From Candidatus Omnitrophota bacterium (GTDB lineage Bacteria; Omnitrophota; Gorgyraeia; JABMRN01; RBG-13-46-9), in assembly GCA_043817155.1 (NCBI GenBank), contig JBDRHE010000069.1:3244-67243 (forward strand): a stretch of 64,000 nucleotides of DNA, read 5' to 3'. Each line of letters begins with the position of its first letter. Within the stretch, counting starts at the first letter, position 1. The notes beneath the pieces were generated by a model that saw only the letters and a program-made list of their open reading frames with translations, made no database searches and was not told where the DNA came from. This document shows, piece by piece, positions 36,149 through 46,800 of the stretch. A program made the translations under genes and the position numbers.

Positions 36149-37183
36149 TTAGGGTTTGCTGCTCGGTTTGTCGATTTCGGGAGTATTTGGAAGATCCAAT
36201 TTTATCGTAGATTCAACGTTGTCCTTGAATCGTTTTATGTGAATATCGCCTACCTTGTATGCCGTCTGGGCCCTGTCAATGGCGAGCCCCATATCTTCAT
36301 ACCTCTTATAGAAATGGCTGAAATTCCTCTCTATTTTTGTTAAAGCTTCCTGCAATTTCTTTGCGCTCTTTATGATATCGAGGTTCCTCACACCCATTAT
36401 AATTAGCTGGAGGAACGCGTAGAACGTGTTGGGGCTTACCGGAACCACCTTGTTATTCCTTGCGAATTCATAAATATTGCAGGGATGCCCGAGATAGTTC
36501 TTCTCAGCGATCGTCTCGTAATAGATCGACTCAGACGGTATGAACATGATCGCGAAATCCGAAGTTCCCTTATGCGGTTTTACATACTTGTTCTTTATCG
36601 AACTTATCTGGATCTTTAGCCCGTCCTCATAAAGTTTCCAGGTGCGCTTCTTCTCTTCCTCGTCCTCGGCGTTCAGGTACTTTTCATAGATTTCCCTCGG
36701 GAACTTGGCGTCGATCGGTATCACAGTCTCTTTGTATTTTACGACGGCGTCTACCCGCTCCGCCCCATCTATCGAATACTGCTTCTCCCATATGCCCTTG
36801 GGCAGAACCTTGTCCAGCATCTCTTCAAGTATCTCCTCTCCATAGCTGCCCCGGAGCTTCGGTGTTTGGAGCAGATACTTAAGAGAATGCCCAAGCTCTT
36901 TTGCATCCCTCTGTTGCTCAAGCATCTTCTCAAGTGTTGAGCCCATGATCTTTATCGTGTCGAGTGTCTTTATCGCATGATCGGATATTATATTCTTTGA
37001 CGATTCGACCTCCCTGCGAGCGGTCTCCATCGTCTTATACATAATATCCTGGAAACTGACAAATCTCTCATTTACCGTAGATTGCATCTTCTCTTCAAGT
37101 CTTCCATAACGGGAAGTTCTGATCGTAATGAATAGAACAAGCGCTACCAGAATAACAAGTAATCCGACAATTAAGGTTTCCAT
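36149..37183 (-). CDS. rmuC: DNA recombination protein RmuC
   Basis: N-terminal TM and coiled-coil, C-terminal ..MFIPSESIYYE..VSPNTFYAFLQ.. Confidence 0.8.
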   Translation of the reverse strand: METLIVGLLVILVALVLFITIRTSRYGRLEEKMQSTVNERFVSFQDIMYKTMETARREVESSKNIISDHAIKTLDTIKIMGSTLEKMLEQQRDAKELGHSLKYLLQTPKLRGSYGEEILEEMLDKVLPKGIWEKQYSIDGAERVDAVVKYKETVIPIDAKFPREIYEKYLNAEDEEEKKRTWKLYEDGLKIQISSIKNKYVKPHKGTSDFAIMFIPSESIYYETIAEKNYLGHPCNIYEFARNNKVVPVSPNTFYAFLQLIIMGVRNLDIIKSAKKLQEALTKIERNFSHFYKRYEDMGLAIDRAQTAYKVGDIHIKRFKDNVESTIKLDLPNTPEIDKPSSKP

Positions 37184-37971
37184 ATGTCAAAATTGAGCCC
37201 TATCTTCTCTCTTATCTTTGAAAGTGCCGCGCGCGCCGCCCTCTCACCGTCATGTATAGCTTCCCTTGCGCGATGAAATGCAAACTGGTCCATGTCGTGG
37301 AGCTTCGGCTTAATTACAATATCCGCTTGCTTCGACTGGTATTTATCGAGCTCTTCACCGAGTATCTGAATAGATTGTATGAACATCTGAAAGAGGTTCG
37401 TCAGCTTTCCCTTCTTTACGCAGAACCCGATATCAATTGCTATTATTATGTCGGCGCCGAGCTTCTTTGCCATCTTGACCGGAATGCTGTTGCGTATGCC
37501 ACCGTCGCCCAGCATGCGCCCTTCAACTGTAACCGGTGGAAATATGCCCGGCCACGAGCAGCTGGCTTTTATCAGCTTCTTCAGGTTGCCTTTCGTATGG
37601 AGAACCTCCTCCCCGCTTTCAATATCCGTTGTGGTTATCGCAAGAGGTATCCTGAGATCCTTGAAACCCCTGGAGCCCAGAAAGCTGTCTATAATATTCT
37701 CCAGCCTCTTGCCCCTTAAGATCGCTGTGCGGGATATCGAAAAGTCTGCCAGACTCTGCCATGTAAATTTTGTAGCGTACTTCTCCATGGTGTGCGTAGG
37801 AACGCCCAGCGAATACGCGGCTCCTATCAGACTGCCTATGGAACTGCCGACGATGAGGTCTATAGGCACGCGCTCTTTCTCTAGCACCTTCAGCACTCCG
37901 ATATTGGCTATCCCTCTTGCCGCCCCGCCGCCTAACGCAAGACCAACTTTCTTCTTTTTAAAGAATGGCAT
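37171..37971 (-). CDS. Patatin-like phospholipase
   Basis: GGGAARG oxyanion motif and GSSIGS nucleophile elbow. Confidence 0.8.
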   Translation of the reverse strand: MPFFKKKKVGLALGGGAARGIANIGVLKVLEKERVPIDLIVGSSIGSLIGAAYSLGVPTHTMEKYATKFTWQSLADFSISRTAILRGKRLENIIDSFLGSRGFKDLRIPLAITTTDIESGEEVLHTKGNLKKLIKASCSWPGIFPPVTVEGRMLGDGGIRNSIPVKMAKKLGADIIIAIDIGFCVKKGKLTNLFQMFIQSIQILGEELDKYQSKQADIVIKPKLHDMDQFAFHRAREAIHDGERAARAALSKIREKIGLNFDIWKP

Positions 37972-38049
37972 ATCTCACCTCGGTTTAAAATTATTGCGTG
38001 CAAAAACACGCATAAACCCTATGTTACCCTGTCCTTACGAGTCACTTCA

Positions 38050-38288
38050 AGATACGAACGTGCCAAAGCATCTCTGATTCCCCCGTCTTTGCGAGGCAAC
38101 GTAAAATTCGAGTGTGCCGAAGGAATCTCAAGGTTGAAACAAGTTGTCATTCCCGCGGAAGCGGGAATCCATAGATATGCTCTCGTCGAATTCACCCTGG
38201 ATCCCCGCTTCCGCGGGGATGACATATGAGAAAAACAGAGATGCAGAGTTCCGTACGCTTAGCATTTTACGGCACCTCGCAAAGACAG
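38050..38288. mobile_element. Composite MITE-like repeat: A, B (inverted orientation), partial A' (locus 6)
   Basis: A 38084-38122, B 38145-38227 with arms swapped relative to other copies, A' 38248-38288. Confidence 0.75.
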
Positions 38289-38313
38289 GTCTTCTGTTGT
38301 CCGTCTCTCGAGA

Positions 38314-39117
38314 TCAGTATATCGCTATCCCCGCATATCCGACTACAGATGAATAGTCGCCGGAAACATCCCCGCTTGTTCTATATCTTATCAATTTAGC
38401 ATTCTTGGCGCCAAGCTCAATGCACGCCTGCATCATAATGGCAGTAGGCGCAAATCCACACATGCTGATATCGTTCTTCTCAACGGTTTCAATAAAGCCG
38501 TCCACATCCAGAGAGAGTACTTTCTCAATTGCGAGCGCGTCCTTCTTCTTCGCAAGCTCTTGAGATTCGTAATGCGTCATGTCGCTGGAAGCAACGATAA
38601 GCACTCGATCCTTCCATGCGTTTATGGCAGATGCGAGCTCGGCACCGATCTCTTTTAAGACGCGCCTTTCGGTATGCGCTATTACGATCGGCACGATCTT
38701 GAAGTCACTCTTAAAATGCTGTATAAACGGCAGTTGCACCTCGATGGAATGCTCCCCGTCATGACAAAGATGGTCCTTCTCTATGTGCCGTGATCCTGCG
38801 AGGATCTTCTGTGCCATTTCGCCATCAACCTTGACATCCCCTAAAGGGGTCTTCCACGTTCTATCATCATCAAGACCTACCGGCTTTCCGAGCCCTGTAT
38901 GATTGGGCCCCAGCACTATGTAGGTGCTCTTAGATTCAATTGACGAAAATAGTTCGCCGGCTACTCGGCCTGAATAGACATACCCGGCATGGGGTGACAC
39001 GACACCGATTGCGCCTATCCTATCCTTGACTGTAAGGCTGAGATCGGCCACTTCTCTTGCGAGATCGGATCTCTTTGCGTTATAAAACCGGCCTGCCACT
39101 ACAGGCTCTCTTATCAC
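38314..39117 (-). CDS. amrB: AmmeMemoRadiSam system protein B (MEMO1-like)
   Basis: MIREPVVAGRFYNAK start and ..GVVSPHAGYVYSG.. are typical of the Memo family. Confidence 0.75.
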   Translation of the reverse strand: MIREPVVAGRFYNAKRSDLAREVADLSLTVKDRIGAIGVVSPHAGYVYSGRVAGELFSSIESKSTYIVLGPNHTGLGKPVGLDDDRTWKTPLGDVKVDGEMAQKILAGSRHIEKDHLCHDGEHSIEVQLPFIQHFKSDFKIVPIVIAHTERRVLKEIGAELASAINAWKDRVLIVASSDMTHYESQELAKKKDALAIEKVLSLDVDGFIETVEKNDISMCGFAPTAIMMQACIELGAKNAKLIRYRTSGDVSGDYSSVVGYAGIAIY

Positions 39118-40052
39118 TGGCCCATCTCCTGGTCTAAAAACTTAAGCGACCCCTTCACTTCCTCGGCGGTAGCGATTTTATGTGCTTCGATGACTTTGAG
39201 CGTGTCAGGTTTTATATACGGCTTCAACCTTTTGAAGTCGAACTCCCCGCACCCGGGAGCCCTGTGATCATCAAATAACATTATATCATGCAGATGAACA
39301 CCAATCAAGCGGCTGGCCAGATTTTCCAGTAAGTCTTCATGTTTTATTATAGACAGATTCTCGTAAAGCTGCGCATGCCCGGTATCGTGCCAGTAGAAGA
39401 GATGCTCATCATCGATGGTATTGAATATAGTCTTAAACTCCGCCAGTGACGGCATCTCATTTATGTAATATCTGTTCTCTAAAGCCAGGTTTACACCTAT
39501 CAGCGCCGCATATTTTAAAAGCTCCTTTAAGCTCTCCATCGCGCGGCTTAAGTAAGGTTTCGCCAGCCTCTGCCTCTCTCCTAAAGCAATCTCTTTCTCC
39601 TTTTCGAATCTGGCTCTATCTGAGATAGCAAAGAGACTCCTGGTCCTGTCCTCCATATCTATCCTGCCAAGATGCATAACCAGGACTTTTGCTTCCAATC
39701 TCTTCACAAAATCCATACTCCGTTTTGTGAATTTCACAGCAAGAGCCCTTTCGGAAACATCGGGACTTGCCAAAGAATAATATTCCGGGGAAGCATCTTT
39801 CGGCTTCACGCCGCTGGGCAGTGGGCAATAATTATGGGTGCTTGTAACGCTGATATCCCCTGCATCCTTCAGCTTCACAAAATCATTCACCTGCTCTTCA
39901 GTCAGGGCAAAATTTAGTTCAAAGCGCTCGAATCCGAGCGCCTTTAACTCGTCAACCATTCCCTTTGCATCTTTATGCGCTCTGTAGTTCCAGGATGTTG
40001 AGATGGCGTAAAGATTGTCTCTATTCATTTCCTTGCCCGGCGATCGTAACAA
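39114..40052 (-). CDS. Xylose-isomerase-like TIM-barrel protein (sugar phosphate isomerase/epimerase family)
   Basis: 312 aa with ..FERFELNF.. and ..WHDTGHAQ.. patterns. 4-bp overlap with amrB. The true start may be the internal MNRDNLYAIS at 40028. Confidence 0.55.
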   Translation of the reverse strand: MLRSPGKEMNRDNLYAISTSWNYRAHKDAKGMVDELKALGFERFELNFALTEEQVNDFVKLKDAGDISVTSTHNYCPLPSGVKPKDASPEYYSLASPDVSERALAVKFTKRSMDFVKRLEAKVLVMHLGRIDMEDRTRSLFAISDRARFEKEKEIALGERQRLAKPYLSRAMESLKELLKYAALIGVNLALENRYYINEMPSLAEFKTIFNTIDDEHLFYWHDTGHAQLYENLSIIKHEDLLENLASRLIGVHLHDIMLFDDHRAPGCGEFDFKRLKPYIKPDTLKVIEAHKIATAEEVKGSLKFLDQEMGQ

Positions 40053-42681
40053 TGACCGACTTATCCAGTTTAATATATCTCTTTGCGGTTTCTACAATAT
40101 CGTCTCTTGTCACAGCTGATATGGCGCTGGGGTAATTCAGGTAAGAGTCGTAACCTACATCGTAAGTTTCGTCAAGAGCCATTATATATGCAAGGGAGGC
40201 ATTGGTCTGCAGGAATATCTTGTGACGGCCGATGAGAGAGGTTTTAGCCAGGTCAATCTCCTCGCCTGTAACCTCACCGCCTGACACCTTTTCAAGCTCT
40301 CCTATCAAGACGCGCCTGGCTTCATCAAGGTGCGTCTTGTCTGTTGCTATATACGATCCAACGAGCCCTGGATCTATCCCCGGGACTGAGAATGTCCCAA
40401 GCGAATATGAGAGCCCCAGATTATTACGCACGGATTCATAGAGCCGCCCGTTCTCTCCTGATAAAATAGAACTTAAAATATCCAGGGCAAATCTATCATT
40501 GTTAGCGTAAGTCGTTCCCCTGAAACCTGCGGCTACAATCGACTGCTCTCTTGGCAGGTCGAAATCCGCGATCTTTCTTTCGGTTAACGGTTCCTCTTCT
40601 ATTCCCGGGAACTCCGGCGCGTTTCCCCTCCAGCCCGAAAAGAGACCCGTGATCGCGGCTTCCATCTCTTCCGGATCAAAGTCTCCCACTAAAGAGATCA
40701 CCATATTCCCCGGAACACAGAACCTGCCATAGAATTCCTGCACATTCTCCCTTGTGAGACCGAGTACCGTATCAACCTCACCGATCGTCCTGAGCCTGTA
40801 CGGGTGCGAACTGAAGAGCGCCTGTTGAAGCTTTAAAAAGATAGCGCTGTAAATATCATCATCCTGACTCTTTATGAGGGCGAATATCTTCTCCTTCTCT
40901 TTAATTATCTCACTTTCAGGAAAACTCGCGCCTCTAATAACATCCCCCAGGATCTCCAGAGTCTCCTTTGTATCTTCCCTTAAAAAATTTAGAGAAATGC
41001 CAAACGTGTTCTTGCCGCTAAAGGCCGATATCGAGCCTCCTCTGCATTCGATGATGGGGCGAATCTGGGGCTCTTGCCGTTTAGTTGTCCCCTTCAATAG
41101 CATAGTGCTTGTTAGATTTGAAATGCCGTTATTGAGATCTGTTTCTGCCCTTACCCCGCCCAGGAATGAGCATACAGCGGAGATCTTCGGTATCCTGTGA
41201 TCCTCCTTCAGTATAAGTCTGATCCCGTTTGGAAGCATCTTCTTTATCGGGGCCCCACCCTTAACAGAGGATCGCGCTTCACCGCCTACATCGCCGGGTG
41301 GAAGCGTGGTCTTCGTATCGGAAAGGGCGCTCTCTTTTCCAGCGCTCTTGGGATAAAGGCTTACGATCGTAGCGTTCTTTTTGCCAAGATACTTTTTAGC
41401 AACACGTTTTATCGCCTCATTGTCTACTCCCCTTACGCTCTCTACATAATTCTTGAAATAATAAGGATCCCCGGCAAAGAATTCGCTTTGCGATATCGCT
41501 CTGGCCATCCCGCCGGTCGTCTCAAGAGAATCGATATAGCTTGATACAACGATGTTCTTGGCGGTATTTAGTTCGCCGGGTTCTACGCCGTTATGGGCTA
41601 CCTCCTCGATCTCCTTAAATATCTCTCTCTTTGCAGCTTCGATCTTTTCGCTTGCGCAAACGACGTAGTTAATAAAAAGACCCGGATATTTTGGCGTATA
41701 ATTGAAGGTGCTTACCGAATAAGCGATCTGGCTCTCCTTCACAAGTCTCTTTATTAGCCTCGAACCGTCCCAATCCCCCATTATAATACTGAGGAGATCC
41801 AGGGCATAGGTATCGTCGTCAGCAAGCGATACGGTGTGATAGCCGATAGAAAGATACCCTAAATTTACGTTGGCCGCCTCGGCTAATTCGCGCATAGCGT
41901 TCTGCCCGGACTCGCTCTGTATGCCGACCTCCGGCAGACGCGACCTCTCTTTATTTTTAAAGAGCTCTTTTGCGCTATCCAGCGCCGCTACGGTATCGAC
42001 ATCTCCTGCAATCGCAACTATGATATAATTAGGGATATACCGGGAAGCGTGGTAACTGATAAGATCGTCTCTCGTTAAGCCTTTGAAGAGATCTTCGTAT
42101 CCTATGACCGGCATCCCATAGACGTGTTCCGGGTAGGACTCTTGCCAAAGAAGCCGCATAATGCGCCTTGGTGGATCGTCTATGTTCAGCTTTATTTCTT
42201 TCAGGATCACTTCCCGTTCTTTCTCCAGTTCCAATCCATCAAAAGCAGGGTGGAACAGAATGTCCTCGATCAAAACAAGAGCGCTCTGGAAGTGTTCACT
42301 CGGCACGGTGATAAAGTAACTGGCGCTGTCAAGCCCTGTCGAAGCATTTATAGTTCCTCCCAGCGATTTCACCTTCTCCTCTATCTCCCCCGGGCCCATC
42401 TTCACAGTCCCTTTGAAGACCATGTGTTCTACGAAGTGCGATATACCTGTTCCGGCATAAGTGCCCTCGGAAGAGAGGCCGGCTTTAACTGTCGCTAGTA
42501 TAGTGACAACAGGGTGCGAATGATCTTCATTTATAAGAACCGTCATGCCGTTCTTAAGCGTGTGCTTTTCGATCTTCAGCGCCGCAGACTCTTCGGATGC
42601 ACCGCATGAAGTGTAAATGCAAACAAGGCCTATTAACATAGCAATCGTGATAAGACTCTTGTTTGTGGTTCTTTTATTCAT
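40021..42681 (-). CDS. Two-module M16 (pitrilysin/insulinase-like) zinc peptidase, lipoprotein-type signal
   Basis: HFVEHMVFKGT (inverted HxxEH zinc motif). 886 aa with a second inactive M16 repeat. Signal peptide ending in Cys. Confidence 0.8.
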   Translation of the reverse strand: MNKRTTNKSLITIAMLIGLVCIYTSCGASEESAALKIEKHTLKNGMTVLINEDHSHPVVTILATVKAGLSSEGTYAGTGISHFVEHMVFKGTVKMGPGEIEEKVKSLGGTINASTGLDSASYFITVPSEHFQSALVLIEDILFHPAFDGLELEKEREVILKEIKLNIDDPPRRIMRLLWQESYPEHVYGMPVIGYEDLFKGLTRDDLISYHASRYIPNYIIVAIAGDVDTVAALDSAKELFKNKERSRLPEVGIQSESGQNAMRELAEAANVNLGYLSIGYHTVSLADDDTYALDLLSIIMGDWDGSRLIKRLVKESQIAYSVSTFNYTPKYPGLFINYVVCASEKIEAAKREIFKEIEEVAHNGVEPGELNTAKNIVVSSYIDSLETTGGMARAISQSEFFAGDPYYFKNYVESVRGVDNEAIKRVAKKYLGKKNATIVSLYPKSAGKESALSDTKTTLPPGDVGGEARSSVKGGAPIKKMLPNGIRLILKEDHRIPKISAVCSFLGGVRAETDLNNGISNLTSTMLLKGTTKRQEPQIRPIIECRGGSISAFSGKNTFGISLNFLREDTKETLEILGDVIRGASFPESEIIKEKEKIFALIKSQDDDIYSAIFLKLQQALFSSHPYRLRTIGEVDTVLGLTRENVQEFYGRFCVPGNMVISLVGDFDPEEMEAAITGLFSGWRGNAPEFPGIEEEPLTERKIADFDLPREQSIVAAGFRGTTYANNDRFALDILSSILSGENGRLYESVRNNLGLSYSLGTFSVPGIDPGLVGSYIATDKTHLDEARRVLIGELEKVSGGEVTGEEIDLAKTSLIGRHKIFLQTNASLAYIMALDETYDVGYDSYLNYPSAISAVTRDDIVETAKRYIKLDKSVIVTIAGQGNE

Positions 42682-42742
42682 GATGATTAGATTATAATGA
42701 AATAGGCGGATAAGTCAAGGGTAACCACGGGGAGAATCACAT

Positions 42743-43780
42743 CAACACCCGATCGCTCTGGCTGTGAGACAATTCTTCCGCTAACCAAAGCATGAAGCAG
42801 GTGAATGCATGAGAGCATCCTTCTGTCTAACCTGGTTAGAATTGCTCTGTTCAAACTTCAGCGCAGGTTCAATCAGTCCGGGATGCTCAGCATAAAATAT
42901 TATGCAAAGATTCTCTCTTCTTGCCTCTTTATAAGGTGATCGTCGGTTTTAAGGAAATGTCGTAAGCCAATACATACGATGACCTATAATACCGACTCTC
43001 ACCTTGTAAAGAGACAAAGAGAGAATATTCGCCTCCCGGACTGCTTGAACCTGCGCTGGTTGTGGGACAATTGTATATGCTCAGTAATTGTGTCCCTTTT
43101 TAAATATGTTATACCTGTGTGCTTTTTTGATAAAATTCTGTCATCCCCGCGCAAGCGGGGATCCAGAAGTGTATTCATTCTAATGTATTGTGGCATGACT
43201 GGATTCCCGCTTCCGCGGGAATGACAAACTGTTGAACGGATCTATTAAGAGCTTCAAAAAGTTACTGAATTATTGAGCTAATACAACAGTCCTATAGAAA
43301 TTCCTGCCCGCTTTGCGGACGAGAATTTCTGTAGGGCAGATTGTGTGGGGATCCTGTAGAAATTTACCGTTTGTTTGTTAAGGTAAATTTCTGCAGGGCA
43401 AGCGGAAGAATTGTCCCACAGCCAGAGAGATCGGGTGTGATGCGAATACGATCATATCAGATTATTATCATAATGCACTCATTCATCTACCTGCTCCATG
43501 CCCTATGTTTTTCACAAAAGATCGGTAAAAAAGCCGGGCAGAGATTCTGAAAGCATTTGAAAGATTTTATAAGATTCGATAGTCGGCACAGGCCAGGCGT
43601 CCCAGAGGCGCATATTCTCTCTTTGTCTCTTTACAAGGTGAGAGTTGGTATTCCGGGTATTCGTATATCTTGGCTTACGACATTTCCTAAAAACCAACGA
43701 TCACCTTATAAAGAGACAAGTTGAGAGAATTTTAGCATAATATTTTAGGCATAAGCCTCTGGGACGCTTGGCCTGTGCTG
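42743..43780. repeat. Nest of long inverted duplications in a 1.1-kb non-coding spacer
   Basis: P1 (42743-42783), P1' inverted (43397-43439) and a partial P1 (43047-43075). About 145-bp segment S (42886-43030) with inverted copy S' (43609-43752). P3 (43584-43609) and P3' (43755-43780) around S'. Family B hairpin at 43139-43225. Two related palindromes CTRTAGAAATT..AATTTCTRYAG at 43280-43398. Confidence 0.75.
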
Positions 43781-43845
43781 ATTTACAAATCACAAATGGC
43801 GATTGCGATTGATCGGTAGCAAACGCAAGAATTGCTCTAATGAAA

Positions 43846-46800
43846 TTAGATGTGGCGTGAATTTCGTTTCTCGCGTGCTACAGTAGAGTGATGAGTGATC
43901 TTTAATGTAATATCATCCACCACACCATAGACGCATGGTATGAATATTAGCGTCAAAGGCGTTCCGAAGAATAGGCCCCAGCTAAGAGTAAGCGCGGCCG
44001 GTTGAAGGAACGGATCGAGCCCTCCGATACCATACGCAACCGGCGCAAGCCCAAATACGGTCGTTATCGTTGTAAGGATAACCGGCCGGAGCCGGAGTCT
44101 GCCGGCTTCGATTATAGACTCCATCCTATCTTTTCCGCTTAGCCTCAGTTTATTGATAAAATCTACAAGCACTATCGAATCGTTTACAATTACACCTACC
44201 AGACCCACGATCCCAAGGAATGCCATGAAACTGAAAGGCATATTATGCAAGAGTAGGGCAAGAAGCGCTCCAGAAACGCCGAAGATGATCGTCAGCATGA
44301 TAATGACCGGCTGCACTAGAGAATTGAATTTCGTCGCGAGAATTAAAAATATCAGAAAGAGGGCTATCATGATAGCCTTAAACAGATTGGCAAAGGACTC
44401 CTGGGTGTCCTTCTCCTCACCGCCATAGATCACCGTGTACCCCAGAAATCTCGACTCTATATCTTCGAACTTCTTCTTAAGAATGCTGTTTACTTTACGC
44501 GATGTCATCGTCTTCTCATCCACCGATGCTGTTACGCGCAGCGCCCGTTTTCCGTCGAGATGTTTAAACGATTCCAGGCGCTTCTCCCGCTTAAACGTCG
44601 CGACGTCCTCTAAGTTTATCAGCTTACCGAATCTGTTTGGTATGCTTATCTCTTTAAAGAGCGTCGTTTCACTTCTCTTATCCTCGGGGAATCGTACCAG
44701 AACATCGATCTCCTCTTCGGCTTTAAGCTGTTTTATTGACGTTGCCATTCCTCCGCCAACTGCGTTTCTTACAGCCATAGCGATATCCATTACTGTGAGG
44801 TACGCGCGTGTGGCCTTCTCCTCATCTATCTCCATCGATATCTCCTCTTTGCCAAATTTATAATCGGTATCGATGTCCGTTACTCCGTCCAGTGTCTTTA
44901 ATAAAACGATGTACTCTTCAGCGATCTGACTGAGAACCTTATAGTCCTCTCCCTTTATCTTCACATCGACCGCTTTGCCCACAGGCGGGCCGTGGGCTAC
45001 CTGCTCAAAATAGACCTTTTCGAATCCTTCGACTTCTTCTATCTTTCCGCGCAAAGAATCGACAATCTGAAACGCATCCCTATCACGGCTACTTTCGGCT
45101 GTCAAATAAGCGTTTACCTGCACAAGATGGCTACCCCGGCGCGTATACGGGTCCATTGTCCTGCCTTCAAAGATAGTTCCGATGGTCGTCGTATAACTGT
45201 CCAGCTCATTTTTCGGGAGAGACTCTATGATCTCTTCGAGCGATCTTGAGAGTTTCGCTGTCTTGTTCAGACTCGTCCCGATTTCTGCTTCGGCCCTCAG
45301 ATAGAATTCCTCGACACCCCTCTGGGGAAATGCCACTACCCCGAGCCACAATTTCATAGCAATAATTAAAGATATCACAGCCAGGATAAAGACGCCCATC
45401 GTTTTATACCTGTACGTTATAGCCAGCTTTATCACCCGCGTATATCCATTCAAAAGCTTCCTGAACCATGGCTTGTCCTTCTGGCTGATCACCTTTTTTG
45501 TCTTTTTATCCCTCGCGGGCCTTACAAAATCCGCTATGTGCGACGGGAGAATAATAAAGGCTTCGAAGAGTGACGCAAGAAGCGCGACTATTACCACAAC
45601 GGGGATCGACCGCACGAACTTACCGATTATTCCTGTCATGAATGCCAGCGGCAAAAATGCGACTATTGTTGTAAGAATGGTTGTAGTTACCGCAGCCATT
45701 ACTTCCGTAGTCCCTTTGATCGCGGCAGTCTTTGGATCCATGCCGCTTTCGATATAACGGTATGCGTTCTCCGCTATTATTATTCCGTCGTCAACGATCA
45801 TACCCAGAACAATAACGAGTCCGAACATCGTCATCATGTTTATGCTCATTCCGGTCGCGAGCATAAATCCCAGAGCCATTGAGAATGACAGCGGTATGCC
45901 CAGGGCCGTGAATAATGCGACCCGTCTTGATAAGAATATGAGAAGACATACGATCACTAATATGAAACCTATTAATGCGTTGTTCTTTAGAATGTTGAGA
46001 CGCCGCTTTATATAAAGAGACATGTCGTTGAGCGTATATACATGCATGCTCTCCGGAACAGTAGCCTTAAACTGCCGAATTGCATCTTTTACCTTCGCTA
46101 CCAGTTCAATTGCGTCCTCTCTCTCTTTCTTTAATATTATAAGATCGATAGCTTTGGTCCCAAAGGACTTTGTGATCTCACTCTCGTCCTCAAACGAATC
46201 CACGACGCGAGCCACATCCTTTATTTTAAGCCAGTTTCCGGCGTCGTTGGCCCGGATCACTACCTCCTCAATATCTTTCGACGTTAAGAACTCGCCGGTA
46301 GTCCTTATGTTGTACTCGACCTCATGTCCCCTCATTGTCCCGGCCGGAATATTGATATTTCGGAGCTTAAGCGCCTGCTTGATCTCTTCCGTAGATACGT
46401 AATAATTTTTTAGCTTATCCGGATCCACCTCAATCCAGATCTCCCGGTCGCGCCACCCCTTCCTCTGAACCTTAGCAACCTCCGGTATGTCCAGAATGAT
46501 CGATTCCAGCGAATCGGCATACCGCTGCAGCTGGAATTCATCCGCCGCGCCGCTTAATGCAACCTCAATGATCGGGGTTAATTTCATATTGATCTCTTCT
46601 ACGAGAGGATCGTTCGCGTCTCCCGGCAGATCCCGTACCCTATCAACGGCTCTCTGAATATCGTTAACAACCTTATTCTTGTCACTTGCGTTAGGATTCA
46701 TCTTAAGATATATCGTGCAGAAGTTGTTGCTAGACATGGAACTTATCTCATCTATGTCATCGACGCCTTTAAGTTCCTTCTCTATCGGGATAGCTATCAA

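Noticed and set aside
42979-43697. Small ORFs 42979..43224 (+) and 43512..43697 (-) sharing the peptide SHLVKRQREN.RL
   Set aside because: They lie on the two arms of the long inverted duplication, so the shared peptide is an automatic consequence of the inverted repeat. No ribosome-binding site and no coding-like composition.
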